Assembly (NCBI RefSeq): GCF_036321535.1
Contig: NC_087437.1
Location: 16,928,001-16,992,000, forward strand
DNA: 64,000 nucleotides
Source: Camelus dromedarius
Lineage: Eukaryota
Reading direction: 5' to 3'
Shown in pieces: positions 51,874 to 64,000 of this stretch; the first letter of the stretch is position 1; every line of letters starts with the position of its first letter. A model generated the notes under the pieces. It did no database searches and had not been told where the DNA came from. It was given only the letters and a program-made list of their open reading frames with translations. A program made the translations under genes and the position numbers.

Positions 51874-53274
51874 GGTGCTTAAATTATCAGCTTCATTCCC
51901 CAAATCCCCGCCAAACAAGAGCCCTTCTCAGACCTCTGTATCCAGCTGCTGCCCAACTTACAAGTGCTCCTTGCTGGACACTCAGTCCCCTAAGGGACAA
52001 AAATGATGCTGGCCTGATGGCTCAGAGCTCTCCAGAGTAGAACAAAGAAAGGTAGAACACATTTTTCTCAGTCGTTCTGAGGAAACTGGGAGTCAGCATA
52101 CCCTGGGCCAAACTCTGTTACTGGCACATGAACACTTGCATAAACATGCCTCCTGGGAATTCTACAGGATGCAAATTTTAATGATTTTTGGTAGCTAAAA
52201 TTTGTCACATGAAGTTCTCTTGAAGCAGCATTTTTATATTATGTGAGGCTACCACCTTGATTCAACTTATAAACCTACAGCAGGGAAAGACAGACCACAG
52301 CCAGGAGGGACTGACAAGGTAAGGTCAGGGAAGCAAGGCAGGCTGCTCAAATAAGGAGGAACCCACCCTGTAGGAAATGGAGTGGGAGTGCTGGTCATAA
52401 GGGCAAACTACCCTCCAAGAATGCTCAGTTATGCAGTAGTTGACAGTGATATCCTTTCAGGTTTGAAGAAAAGCAGATCCTCAGAGCAAAGATTCTTTAT
52501 GAAAACCCAGGATCTGAGTACTTCTAACACTGCCTCTTCCCTGTTGAGTTCAAATGAGAATTGTCTCTCTTATCCATCAAAGTAACTCATAGCATGATTC
52601 TAATATGAATAGAAACACAAGTGAGGCGCTAAGAGACTTTCAAAGTTGAATGGAAAACAACAAAGAAAAAGTTAAGGTTTTTTAGCAAAATCATGCCATT
52701 ACCCTGCCTTTTCGACAATATTCAGTGCCGTGATACTAGAAAACATTTTAATTACTAGTGTGGAAAAAGTTTCTTACAGTAAGGGCAACAATTCTCAGAA
52801 TTTATCATTACCTTAACAATTCTTAATCTGTGAGCAGTTCAAGTTTAAAATATAAACTTAACCAAGACAAAGTACTATTAATTAAATGGATCATAAAAGT
52901 AACATATAGTCTATTTGGTGTTCAGACTAGGAACAACCTTACCAGAGACTGTTACAGGCTCTCTTACCAAGAAAATAAGCCTGCATGTGTTCTTGGGGAA
53001 ATCTCTGAGAAGAACTAGACCTGCTCAATCAATCTGCAAACTCCAAATGGAATCAGCACTTACTGAGACAGCACGCATTTAAAAGGTCTCTGGACTTTGA
53101 GGAAATGATATGCACACATGTTTGTAGACTTATTATACATCTTCTAGTATAAATTATTAAGCTTCTGATTTGTGGTTTTCTCACAAACTGACCAGTAGTA
53201 TGCACGGATGAAATAATTTTCCTTACTTTAACAGCTGAAGGTTTTATGCCAAGAAAGCAATGTTTTAGTACTTA

Positions 53275-53478
<204 letters not shown>

Positions 53479-53524
53479 TCACGGATGGAATGAACTCTGG
53501 CAGAAGTTACAGCACAGATTTGAA

Positions 53525-53720
53525 GAGCATGGCAGTAGAGTCAGACTGCCTAGGTCTGAATTCCAGTTATAGCACTCCCCTGTGTGACTTCGTATACGTT
53601 ATTAATTTCCAAAATTCAGTTTTCTCATATACAAAATGGGGATATCAATACCCGATCTCATAGAGGTTGTAAGGATTAAATGAGGTAATGTAACCATCAA
53701 ATGTTAGCTATCCTCACGTT
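53525..53720. mobile_element. MIR SINE (further MIR-like remnants at ~5370-5530, 28670-28850, 50700-50880, 58130-58370, 58720-58970)
   Basis: Core cagttttctcatatacaaaatggggatatcaatacc...gttgtaaggattaaatgag. Confidence 0.7.
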
Positions 53721-54340
53721 ATCATCTCTTCCAAGTCCTTCCATCTCTAAGGATTAATTCCCCGTAGAAGAGGAAGAATGTGGCCAGTAAGAGACCCCAC
53801 TAACCTTCCTTTGCTCAAGCAATAAAGGGCCTATTTACTGGGCCTTACAGGGGTCCTAGGCAGTAGTATCTAAAGTCTGCTGGCTTTCACTGAGCAATCA
53901 GCAAATCCTGTTGCTCAGTTATGCACTGGTCACTAGAGAAATAACCCTTTATTTAGCCAGGCTATCCATGTGGGGATGGGTTGAGGGACTCACTATTTTC
54001 ATGCCTCTAAGTTCTACCTCTTTAGGGAGGCCTTCCTGGATCACTCCACCCAGCCCCCACTTTCCATTCTCTTTTAGCTTCTAGAGGTAATAGAATCATT
54101 CCTGCTCACTTAGGGCTTAATTATACACTGTCATGCATTGGCAGGTGATTTATCATGTGTATATGTTATCTCGGTCATTAGATTTAGGTTTCTTTCAGAG
54201 ACCAGGAACTACTTTTTCTTTCCTCTAAAGATCATTTGCAAAGATTTGAACAGATTAAATTATTTATAGCATTATTTGTATACTGAAACTAAATTCTGAT
54301 AAATACTACATAAACTTTTGCCTATAAAAATCCTAAATTG

Positions 54341-54559
54341 CAGCTGGCCCTTGAACAACACAGTTTGAACTGCACAAATCCACTTACACATGGATTTTTT
54401 TCAGTAAATTTGTGCCCCAGTGCTACATGATCCACATGTAGTGGAATCCCTGGATGTGAAACCATGTATATGGACTGTAAAGTTATCTATGGATTTTCAA
54501 CTGCGTAGCTGGTTGGTGGCCCTAACATTCCCCCCACCCCATTGTTCAAGGGTCAACTG
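54341..54559. mobile_element. Tigger2-family MITE (MER8-like)
   Basis: TIRs cagctggcccttgaacaa / ttgttcaagggtcaactg. Confidence 0.8.
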
Positions 54560-55250
54560 CATTGTCTTGATATGGGAAGACCTAACAAAAAGTATTATTG
54601 CTATGTTTCCTTCTGAAGAATTTTAATCACAAAATACAGTAGAATCCCATTGTTTTTCCTCCCCCATTAAGTCATAGAAATGGGTGCATGTGAGGTTCCT
54701 CCTCTGCCATCAAGAATTCTATCTCAGTGTATTCTCAGATTTATAAAACTCACTACAGAATCTATTATTAGTCAGCAAAGGTATGTTTCATTTTTTTCAT
54801 ACCACTTTTCATTCAATATTTAATTCAAAACTTACCCTCTGGCACTTAAAATTTTATGATCATAAGAATGGCATCATTTAGGTTCTTAACCTAATACACC
54901 TGGTAAACCATCTTCCAGCTCTTTACTACAAGTGATCTTCTGCAGAAGACCCTTCCCTGATTCATTAAGAGTATGGTCACTCCCTGTACGTTCCCAGAGA
55001 ACTTTTTTGCCCCATCAGAGCACTCACCATGCTGAACTGAAATTACCTGCTTCTCTGTCTCTCCTTCTGTACTATGAACTCCTTTATTAATGCCTAATCT
55101 CCAGCATCTAGCACAGTTCTTAAGAAAGTGCTTGGTAAAGACTCATTGAATAAATGAGTAACTTTGGAAGAACTCACTTTTCTTGAAGATATCTTCCTAA
55201 CCCCTAAAGACTCCTTAATGAAAACACTTCTTGCAAAGCTTTCTCATCTT

Positions 55251-57942
55251 TGGGATCAACTTCAAGATGACAGAACAGAAGGACGTGGAGCTCATCCTCT
55301 ATCACAGATACATCAAAAATAAATCTACATGTGGAACAGTTCTCACAGAACACCTACTGAACTCTGGCAGAAGATCCTGTACAAGTGGAACTACAAAGAA
55401 AATCATCACAAAACTAGGTATGAGAAAAAAAAGAAAAAGGAAATTGGGATGGGAGCTGCTCCTTAAGGAGGGAACAATGAAAGAGGAAAAGCCCCCTCTC
55501 CAGCCAGGAGGTTAGCTGGTACAGAAGGGGAGCTTCAGAGGCTCAGAGGAGAGCACAGGAGCTGCTGTGTGGCAGACAGAATGGAGAGAAACTGGTGCAG
55601 AGGATCCATGCAGTCCCCACCCCGAGACACCAGCCAGCTGGTGCCTGTTGGAACTGGGTGCTGGAGCTTGGGCTCCAGAGGACAGACCTGGGGAGAGGAC
55701 AGGGGTTGACTGTGCAGAGGCAGCCTAGGGGGCAGGAGTGTGGTATGGGCTAAGGCTAGGAGTGTGTGCAAGGGAGCCTGAATCCGCCAGAGAAAGCCAT
55801 AGAAAGCTCTACTGTTGGGTGCACAAAAAGAGGGGTGCAACACAAGAGGGCGTGGCTTGACTGTAAAGTCTTCATGCAGGAAGGGAGGGTAGGGACGTTG
55901 CCACAGCATCCACCTTTGCCATAAGCCCACAAGGCATTCTCTGGCCATACAGGCCCTATGGTTAATGAGCTCTGTGATCCCTCCTAACAGGTGATAGATG
56001 ACACTACAGAGGGCACTTCCCAGTGGGGAACTGCAGAGAAATACCCAGTGGCTCCTCTCCCAGTGAAAGCACTCTAGTCCTGCTTACCATATACAGCAGC
56101 TCAGAAATGAATCTGGGGGCATCTACTCCAACAACTGGGAAGCAGACCTGGTCCTTGACAGGGCTGTAACAACCACAGAGCAAAGAGAAGGCCCTGCTCA
56201 ACACCCACCACAGGCTCTAGACAACACAACACCAATCACATCCCCAGTCAAAAGGATAACAGCCAGCACACACGAAAGAAAGGTGTGGTAGCCATCCACA
56301 CGAAAAACAGCCCTTGCAGCAAAAATATTAGACTCACAGTCTACATAGGAACACTTCCACATAAAAACAGCCCTTCAAGCCCCAGATAACTGTTACCTAA
56401 ATTCATAGTTAGAGAAATATGAGTAAAATGAAAAAGCTGAGGAATCACACCCAATTAAAAGAACAAGAAAAACCCCTGAAAGAACAAACAATGAAATAGA
56501 CCTCTGTAGTCCACCAGAACTTGAGTTCAAAAAGGAGATGATAAAAGCACTGAAGGAAATAAGAGAGGTCATTGATAGAAATGCAGAATACAGTGAAAAG
56601 GAAATAGAAACTACAAAGAGGGGCTAATTAAAATTAGAAAACAGTGCTGAGTTAAAAACCAAGCTAAAGGCAATCAATAGCAGCCTAAATAATGCAAAAG
56701 AACGAATGAGTGACTTAGAAGATAGAATAATGGAAATCACCCAATCAGAAGAGCAGACAGAAAAACAAATTTTAAAAAAAACCAGAAAGTAATATAAGGG
56801 ACCTATAGGGTGATATAAAGCTTGCCGATCTATATGTAATAGGGGTCCAAGAAGGAGAAGAAAGAGAAAAAGGGATCAAAAACATATTTAAAGAAATTAT
56901 GACTGAAAATTTCCCAAATCTAAAGAAGGAACAGATATCCAAGTATAGGAAACACAGAGGGTCCCAAACAAGATGCACCCAAACAGACTTATACCAAGAC
57001 ATATTATAATTAAGATGGCCAAAGTTAAATATAAAGAAAAGATTCTAAAGGCAGCAAGAGAAAAGCAAAGATTAGTTACAAGGGAACCTCCATAAGGCTA
57101 TAAGCTGATTTCTCTACAAAACATTGTTGACCAGAAAGGAGTGGCAAGACAATATATATAAAGACCTGAAAGAGAAAAATCTGCAACCTAGGATACTGTA
57201 CCCAGCAAGACTATCATTTACAATAGGAGAGATAAAAAATTTCTCAGACAAGTGAAAATTAAAAGAATACAGCAATAACAAACCTATCCTAAAGAAATAT
57301 CAAAAGGTCTTCTCTAAATAGAAAAAAGAAAATCATAATTGGAAATGTGATAATTACAATGAATAGCAAAAGAATAACATGAAGATGTTAAAGGGAATAG
57401 CAAAATCATAAAATGCAGTAGAGGAGCAAGAACATGTAGATTTCTTTCTTTTTTTAAGGATGTGTTTGAGCCTATATGATTACTAGTCTAAAGCAAATAG
57501 ATATAGTAATGGGTTAACATAATTGAAAACAGGGTAACCACAAATCAAAAGCATACAATAAGTCACAAAAACCAAAAAGAAAAGAAGTCAAGCTAACACA
57601 AAAGAAAATCATCAAACCACAAAAGGAAAAACAAAGAGAAAAAGAAAGGAACAAAGAAGAAATACAAAATCAACTGGAAAACAACGTTTAAAATGGCAAT
57701 AAGCACACATTTATCAATAATTACCATAAATGTCAATGGACTAAACGCTCCAATCAAAAGACAGAGTGGCAGATTGGATGATAAACAAGAGCCTACAATA
57801 TGCTGTCTACAAGAGACCCACTTTAGGGTGAAGGACACATATAAATTGAAAGTGAGAGGATGGAAAAAGATAATTCACACAAATGGAAATGACAAAAAAG
57901 TGGGGGTAGCAATACTCACATCAGACAAAATATACTTTAAAA
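55251..57942 (+). mobile_element. L1 with intact 5' end but 3'-truncated in the endonuclease domain; no poly(A); flanked by TSD
   Basis: 5' UTR, degraded ORF1 (~56420-57320), spacer, ORF2 start [23 protein letters not shown] at 57693; TSD caaagctttct(c/t)atctt at 55234-55250 and 57943-57959. Confidence 0.9.
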
Positions 57943-59802
57943 CAAAGCTTTCTTATCTTCATCCCAAACAGATGAAACTCTTTTGCCTAAGGATTCTAGG
58001 CACTTAACCTACCTTAGTTACTTGGTAAATTTCAAACTGACATGGAGCAAGTTTTCATTTTTGCAATTTAATGATTACCAAATTAGGTTATTTGGTCCAT
58101 ATATTCTTCTCTTAGTCCTAAGGATGATAATACTAACTGCTCCATTAGTGCATGCATAGTGATCTAAATTCTCTAAGCCTTCGTTTCTTCTGTGTAAAAT
58201 CGGGGTAACAGTGTTGAACTCAGAACCGATTTATAAAACATCTATATAGCATTTATTATTTGCCAGGGAGTAACCTAAATGCTTACAAATCTTAGTTAAA
58301 TAAATGATTAAATGATATAATGCATGTGAAACACATTCCTGGTACATAGCAAGGATTTGAAGAATGCTGGGTTACATTTAAGAAAAGCTGTGAGCAGAAA
58401 AAAATATAGGTAAAAGATAAATAGACGCTAGATAAATAGAGGCTGTGCTAGAAGACATTATCAAAAGGAAATGACTGGAATCATTCTTTTGAGAAAAGTT
58501 CAGGATCTTATACTACAAAGACAGGGTTTTGTTATTTTCATTCTCTGGACAAAAGGATTTTAAATCCCCAAACTGAAACTTGAAAGGAAATCTTAAACTT
58601 TAACATTAATGTTGTAAATATTTTCAAATCTTTTCTTCTCTGTGAAATATACATTCAGCCTAATCCAATGACTGATGCTAGATCAGAGGCATTACTATGT
58701 GATGAAGATATTCTGACAGCAGCTAACACTTACTGAATGCAACTTATGTGCCAAGCACTGTGCTAAGTAAATGTGTGTGTACTAAGTGTTTTATTTGAGA
58801 GTATCTCATTTAATATTCACAACAACTAACAGGATAGGTACTCAGATCACTCTTCATCTGATCAGTGATTGAAGCTTAGAGAGGTTAAGTAATGTGCTCA
58901 AAAGGGTACACATACAGCTGACAAATGAGAAAGCCAGGTATGAATTCCAGAACTCTGATTTTAGACTTTGCGTTGCCTCCCTAATGATAAGAGAAACATT
59001 AGATATAAATTCTAATTAATTTTGCTAAAGATTTTAGCAAAATCTTTGATAAATCACTATTTCTTAGGTGAGAGGCTGAAACGTAAACAGAAATTTGTAA
59101 AAAGGAGCAACAGAGTATGATTCAAATCACTGCCTTCCTCTCTTGGTTTGGAGACATTTTATTAGGAGAAGCCTGGAGACAGGAAGATTATTTAAGGAAG
59201 CAAACTAAAAGAAAACTCAAAGTAAAAATGCTTAAGAGCAATGCTTTGTTTTAATAAAGCAATTTTTAGTCTTTTTGGATATATGAATATCTAACTACTG
59301 ATCACATTTTCATGGCAGTTCAACTCCCCATTTCCCATAGCCCATGAGGGTTATAAAACCAGATTTGGCTATCACTATTTTAATATACAAAAATAAATTA
59401 TCCAACCAAGGGGCATAAATGGAAAGTTGTTCTGGGTATATTCAATATACTGCAGAGTTCTACCCTCAACTTTCCAGAATCTCTCCTATAAATTCTGATA
59501 GAATACCATTATGATTGTCTTATTTTAAATTTTAATGTATTAGAGGTCTATGGTAAGGGAATCAATTTTATAAACCTTCCTAACCATCTGCTGTTTTTCT
59601 CTGTGCCTGTCTTCCCCTGTGCTCCATGCTTTTTCATCTTCTTTTCCTTGACCCTCTTCTGTTCCACTTTGTCTGTTCCAACCTTTGTGCCTGAACCTCT
59701 CAGTGTGTATGAAACATATAAGGAAGTAATGTGCTTAACAGTATTATCTTACTTCAACAGATTATTTACCACTTTATATTACCAGGCACACTATCTGCCT
59801 CA

Positions 59803-60075
<273 letters not shown>

Positions 60076-60384
60076 TCACTTACTTAATTTTTTTTTCATA
60101 ACACAAGGCTCTCTCTGAAGGTTCTGAAAAATCCTTAAGGACACACACTAAAGTGTTAACACTGGTTACCTGTGGAAAGAGAGGGATTGAGAATTTAAGG
60201 TCTTGCTTCACATATTCCTGAAACACTTTTACACGAGCAAATGTATTATTAAGGTGTATGTGTGTGTGTGTTCTTTTCTATATTTCTTCCTTTGTTTTTA
60301 AATACCAATGTTCCAAAAAAAAAAAATCAGAAGTTTGGCTCAAAAACTTTACTAAATTTTCTTTTCTTTTATAGTGTTCAAACC

Positions 60385-63085
60385 AGGGCATGATTTCTAG
60401 AATGGTAGGGTGAGGAGCCTAGCATATGCTTTACCCAGCCAAACAATCTTTTTCTTGTGGTGGGTGCTGACAGTAAGGAGGGGGCTATGCATGTGTAGGG
60501 GCAGGGGATCTATGGGAATTCTCTCTACTTTCCCCTCATGTTGGCTGTAAACCTAAAACTGCTCTAAAAAATTAAAGTTAAAATAAATAAAATAAATTAA
60601 TTAAATCAGATGCTTCCCTATTAGTCTGGAAGATTGTACCCGGCCAAAGGCTGTCATTCTCAGGAACAATTAGAAAGGGAGCTTCCAAGCTGCTGGTTCC
60701 CTGGCTGACCATGGGGCAAAGTACATACCTTGAACTGTGATAACAGCCTTCAAAAGACACACATATATTCAACAGTAAAAGGTAAACATCTAACTTGCTA
60801 AGGAGGTTTAAGTACACCCTTTGATTAATAAGAAGCTTATGCTGACGCAGGGTGACCCCTACGGATCCAAGCTAAGTGATAAAAAACAAGGGGAAAAAAG
60901 ATCTGAGTAGGACAGCAGAAGCTGCATACTGCAAGAGAAATAAGACTTTATAGGGGCTCAATATATTTGAGCTAGCAGAAGAAAAATCAGTAATCTTGAA
61001 GGTATATCAATAAAGATTATGGGTAATTTGACAGGAATCACATAGGAAGAGCAGAGAAGAAAAAAATGAAGAAAAATGAACAGTGCCTGAGAGAAATGTG
61101 GGATATCATTAAGTATACTGACACGTGTAATGGGAATACCAAGAGAAGAAAAGGACAGAAATAAATTTGAAGAAATAATGGCTAATTATTTCCAAAATTG
61201 ATGAAAACATTAACCTACACATCCTCAGAGCTCAACAAAGTCCAAGTGGGATAAATTCAAAGAGATTCACAACCAGAAAATGTTGAATGTCAAAGACAAA
61301 AAAAAAAAATCTTGAAAGTAATAATAGAAAAGTAATTCATTACACACAAGGGAACTCTGAGAAATTTAAAAGCTGACCTCTCATCAGACAAAGTAAAGGC
61401 CAGAAGGTAGTGGGATAACACAGTCAATGTGTTGAAAGTAAAAAGCTATCAAACAAGAATCTTTTATCTAGTAAAACTACACTTCAAAGCTAAAGATGAA
61501 ATAAAAACATTCACAGATGAACAAAAGCTTAAGAGAATTTGTGGCTGGCTGACTTGCCTTACAAGAATACTAAAGGAAATTCTTTAGGCTAAAAGCAAAT
61601 GACACCAGAGAGGAATCTGAATTTGCATGAAAAAACAATGGTAAATACCAGGTAGTTATAAAAGACAATACAATTGCATATTTACTTATCTTTTATCCTC
61701 ACTGATTTAAAAAGTAATTGTATAAAACAATATACATTACTGTGTTCTTGGACCAATAACATAGAAATGTATATCTGACCACATACACATAAAAGGTGGA
61801 TGATAGGAATACTCTACTCTAATAAAAAACAAAATAAAAATGTATTAGAGTAAGGAAATGATATCAGATGGTATTTCATACCCATAGGAAAAACTGAGGA
61901 GAACCAGAAGAAACGGTAAATGAGAAAGTTAATATAGCAAACTCTGTAAGTAGTTACTTGGCTCCCTTGCTTCTCTCAGCTTATTTTAAATTACACATGA
62001 TTATATTAAGTAATAATTATAACATTGTATTTCTGGGTCTGTAACATATTTGGGTGCAGTATGTGTAACAAGAATGACACAAAAAAGGGAGGGAAGAAAT
62101 GAAACTATATGAGTAAAATTTTTATATTTCTTTAGAATAAATCTGAAGTAAATTTTGGTAAGTGAAGATGTATATTGTAAGTCCTAGAAAAACAATTAAG
62201 AAAATAACTAAAAAAAATAATTAAAGATTTCTGAATGAACTAAAACATTACACTAGGATATATCCATTTAATATAAAAGAATAAAAGAGGGAAAAAACAA
62301 AGACATGGACATACAGAAAACGAAGTATAATGGAGAGATTGGATTAAAACAGAAAACATGATCTAACTACAGGCATACCTCATTTTATTGTGCTTTTGTT
62401 TTACTGCCCTTTGCAGATACTGCGTTTTTTACAAATTGAAGGTTTGTGGTAAATGCACTATCAGATAATGGTTAGCATTTTTAAGCAATGAAGTTTTTTT
62501 TTTTTAAATTGAAGTATGGACATTGTTTTATAAGACATAATGCTACTGTATAATAGTCTACAATAGAGTATAAATATAACTTTTATATGCACTGGGAAAC
62601 CAAAAATATTGTGTGACTTGCTTTATTACAATATTCGCTTTATTGCAGTGGTCTGGAATTCAACCCACAATATCTCTGAGGTATGCCTGTATATGCTGTC
62701 TACAAGAAACACACTTTAGATTCAAAGGCAAAAAGGCAGAAAATAAAATGTAACAGTAACTAAAATGGAGTTAGAGTGTTTACACTAGTATCAGACTTTA
62801 TTTTAAGATAAAAATGACTAGAGACAAAGAAGTCATTTTATAGTGATAAATACGAGTCAATCCATCAGGAAGATGTCACAATTATAAACATACATACACC
62901 TAACAACAGAGCCTCAAAATACATGAAACAAAAATTGAGAACTCAAAGGAGAAATAACAATTCAATAATAATAGTCAGAGACTTCAATATCCCACTTGCA
63001 GTAATGTATAGAATAAAACAAAAGATCAACAAGAAAATAGAAGACTTGAACAGCATTATAAAGAAAACTATAAGCAAACTGGACC
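60385..63085 (+). mobile_element. Old L1M 5' portion (UTR, ORF1 remnant, spacer, EN remnant), interrupted by Tigger1
   Basis: A-rich ORF1-like remnant ~60900-61600; tatgctgtctacaagaaacacacttt EN motif at 62692; boundaries approximate. Confidence 0.65.
62370..62689 (+). mobile_element. Internally deleted Tigger1 DNA transposon
   Basis: TIRs caggcatacctc / gaggtatgcctg with TA duplications at 62368-62369 and 62690-62691; the host L1 rejoins as ctaacta|tatgctgtc. Confidence 0.9.
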
Positions 63086-63443
63086 TTCAGTCTTCTTGAA
63101 ACAAGTCAAATAACAAAATAAAACAAAATATAAATAATATAAAAGGAGAGAAGAAAGGGTTACACGATGGCTAAGCCAGTGTTTATACACCTTTGAACTA
63201 CAGAATAAATAATTTCAACTTGCTTAATTCAATCTTGCAAATTCTAGGGCACTGAAAGGTAAGAAGTCAAAGAGAACTAGTATAAAAGCTAGAAAGAAAA
63301 CTATAGTACCTTAAAACAAACTAAAATAGCCTGAGTTAGCAATAGTAATTATATCTTGGTGATTAGACTTTTTTCAAAATTTAAACATTTAAAACTACAA
63401 TGATATCATGATAAAAGCCACTTGTCCCACAATGTGCAACTTA

Positions 63444-63596
<153 letters not shown>

Positions 63597-63934
63597 TTAT
63601 TTTTCCAAATAGCTGGTATAGTTACTCAATGGGCTAGAATCTCAAAAACAGTTGGGAAGGCAGGAAGATCATCACTGAAAGTAGTAAAATCTGATAAACT
63701 CAAATGGTAAAATAATGTTAACTTGTATGGTATTTGCATAATACTTAACTTTATTATTTACAATGAAAAATTTTACGTTGTGAAAAATAATAAAAAATGG
63801 CTAAACAGCCACAAAGCTAGGTTCTTAGAGTTGATCATGGTACCAAGCAGCTGTGAGTTTTTGTAAGCTGAAGTTTTCTATCATTCAGTTTTCCATTATA
63901 AAATGAGGCTGGCCAAATCAGCACTGCACAGTAT

Positions 63935-64000
63935 TTCTTTTTTCTTTTTATTAAAGTACAGTTGATTTATAATGTTGTGTTAGTTTCTGATATACAGCAA
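63935..64000 (-). mobile_element. 3' end of a young L1 running off the window
   Basis: T-rich tail followed by aaagtacagttgatttataatgttgtgttagtttctg, the same family as the 753, 8041 and 33415 ends. Confidence 0.7.

Overview
Mammalian genomic DNA. It is most likely camelid, inferred from three tRNA-derived vic-1-like SINEs and matching young L1 3' ends. Two protein-coding genes converge tail-to-tail. The 3' part of PCCB (propionyl-CoA carboxylase beta; 9 coding exons, + strand, 5786-32215) faces the 3' end of STAG1 (cohesin SA-1; 6 coding exons, - strand, 48698-60028, with a ~2 kb 3' UTR). All 15 exons are GT-AG bounded and splice in frame. The rest is mostly interspersed repeats: a young, full-length but disabled L1 (~35.2-42.3 kb, - strand, with TSD), many truncated L1s, L2, MIR, two ERV1-type solo LTRs, MaLR LTRs, and Tigger and hAT DNA transposons. 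No new protein-coding gene or prokaryote-type system is supported. The most interesting signals are: (1) a splice-acceptor-like tract plus a 75-codon ORF in the long L1 ORF1-ORF2 spacer, overlapping the ORF2 start and colinear in a second, older L1; (2) a tail-less, 3'-truncated L1 flanked by a 17-bp TSD, consistent with internal priming; (3) a 552-bp non-L1 polyadenylated insert with a perfect 17-bp TSD, whose poly(A) signal comes from a Tigger1 end; (4) duplicated motifs around the STAG1 poly(A) sites; (5) a ~100-nt intronic hairpin. Repeat family names and exon numbers are from recognition, not database searches, and boundaries of old repeats are approximate.
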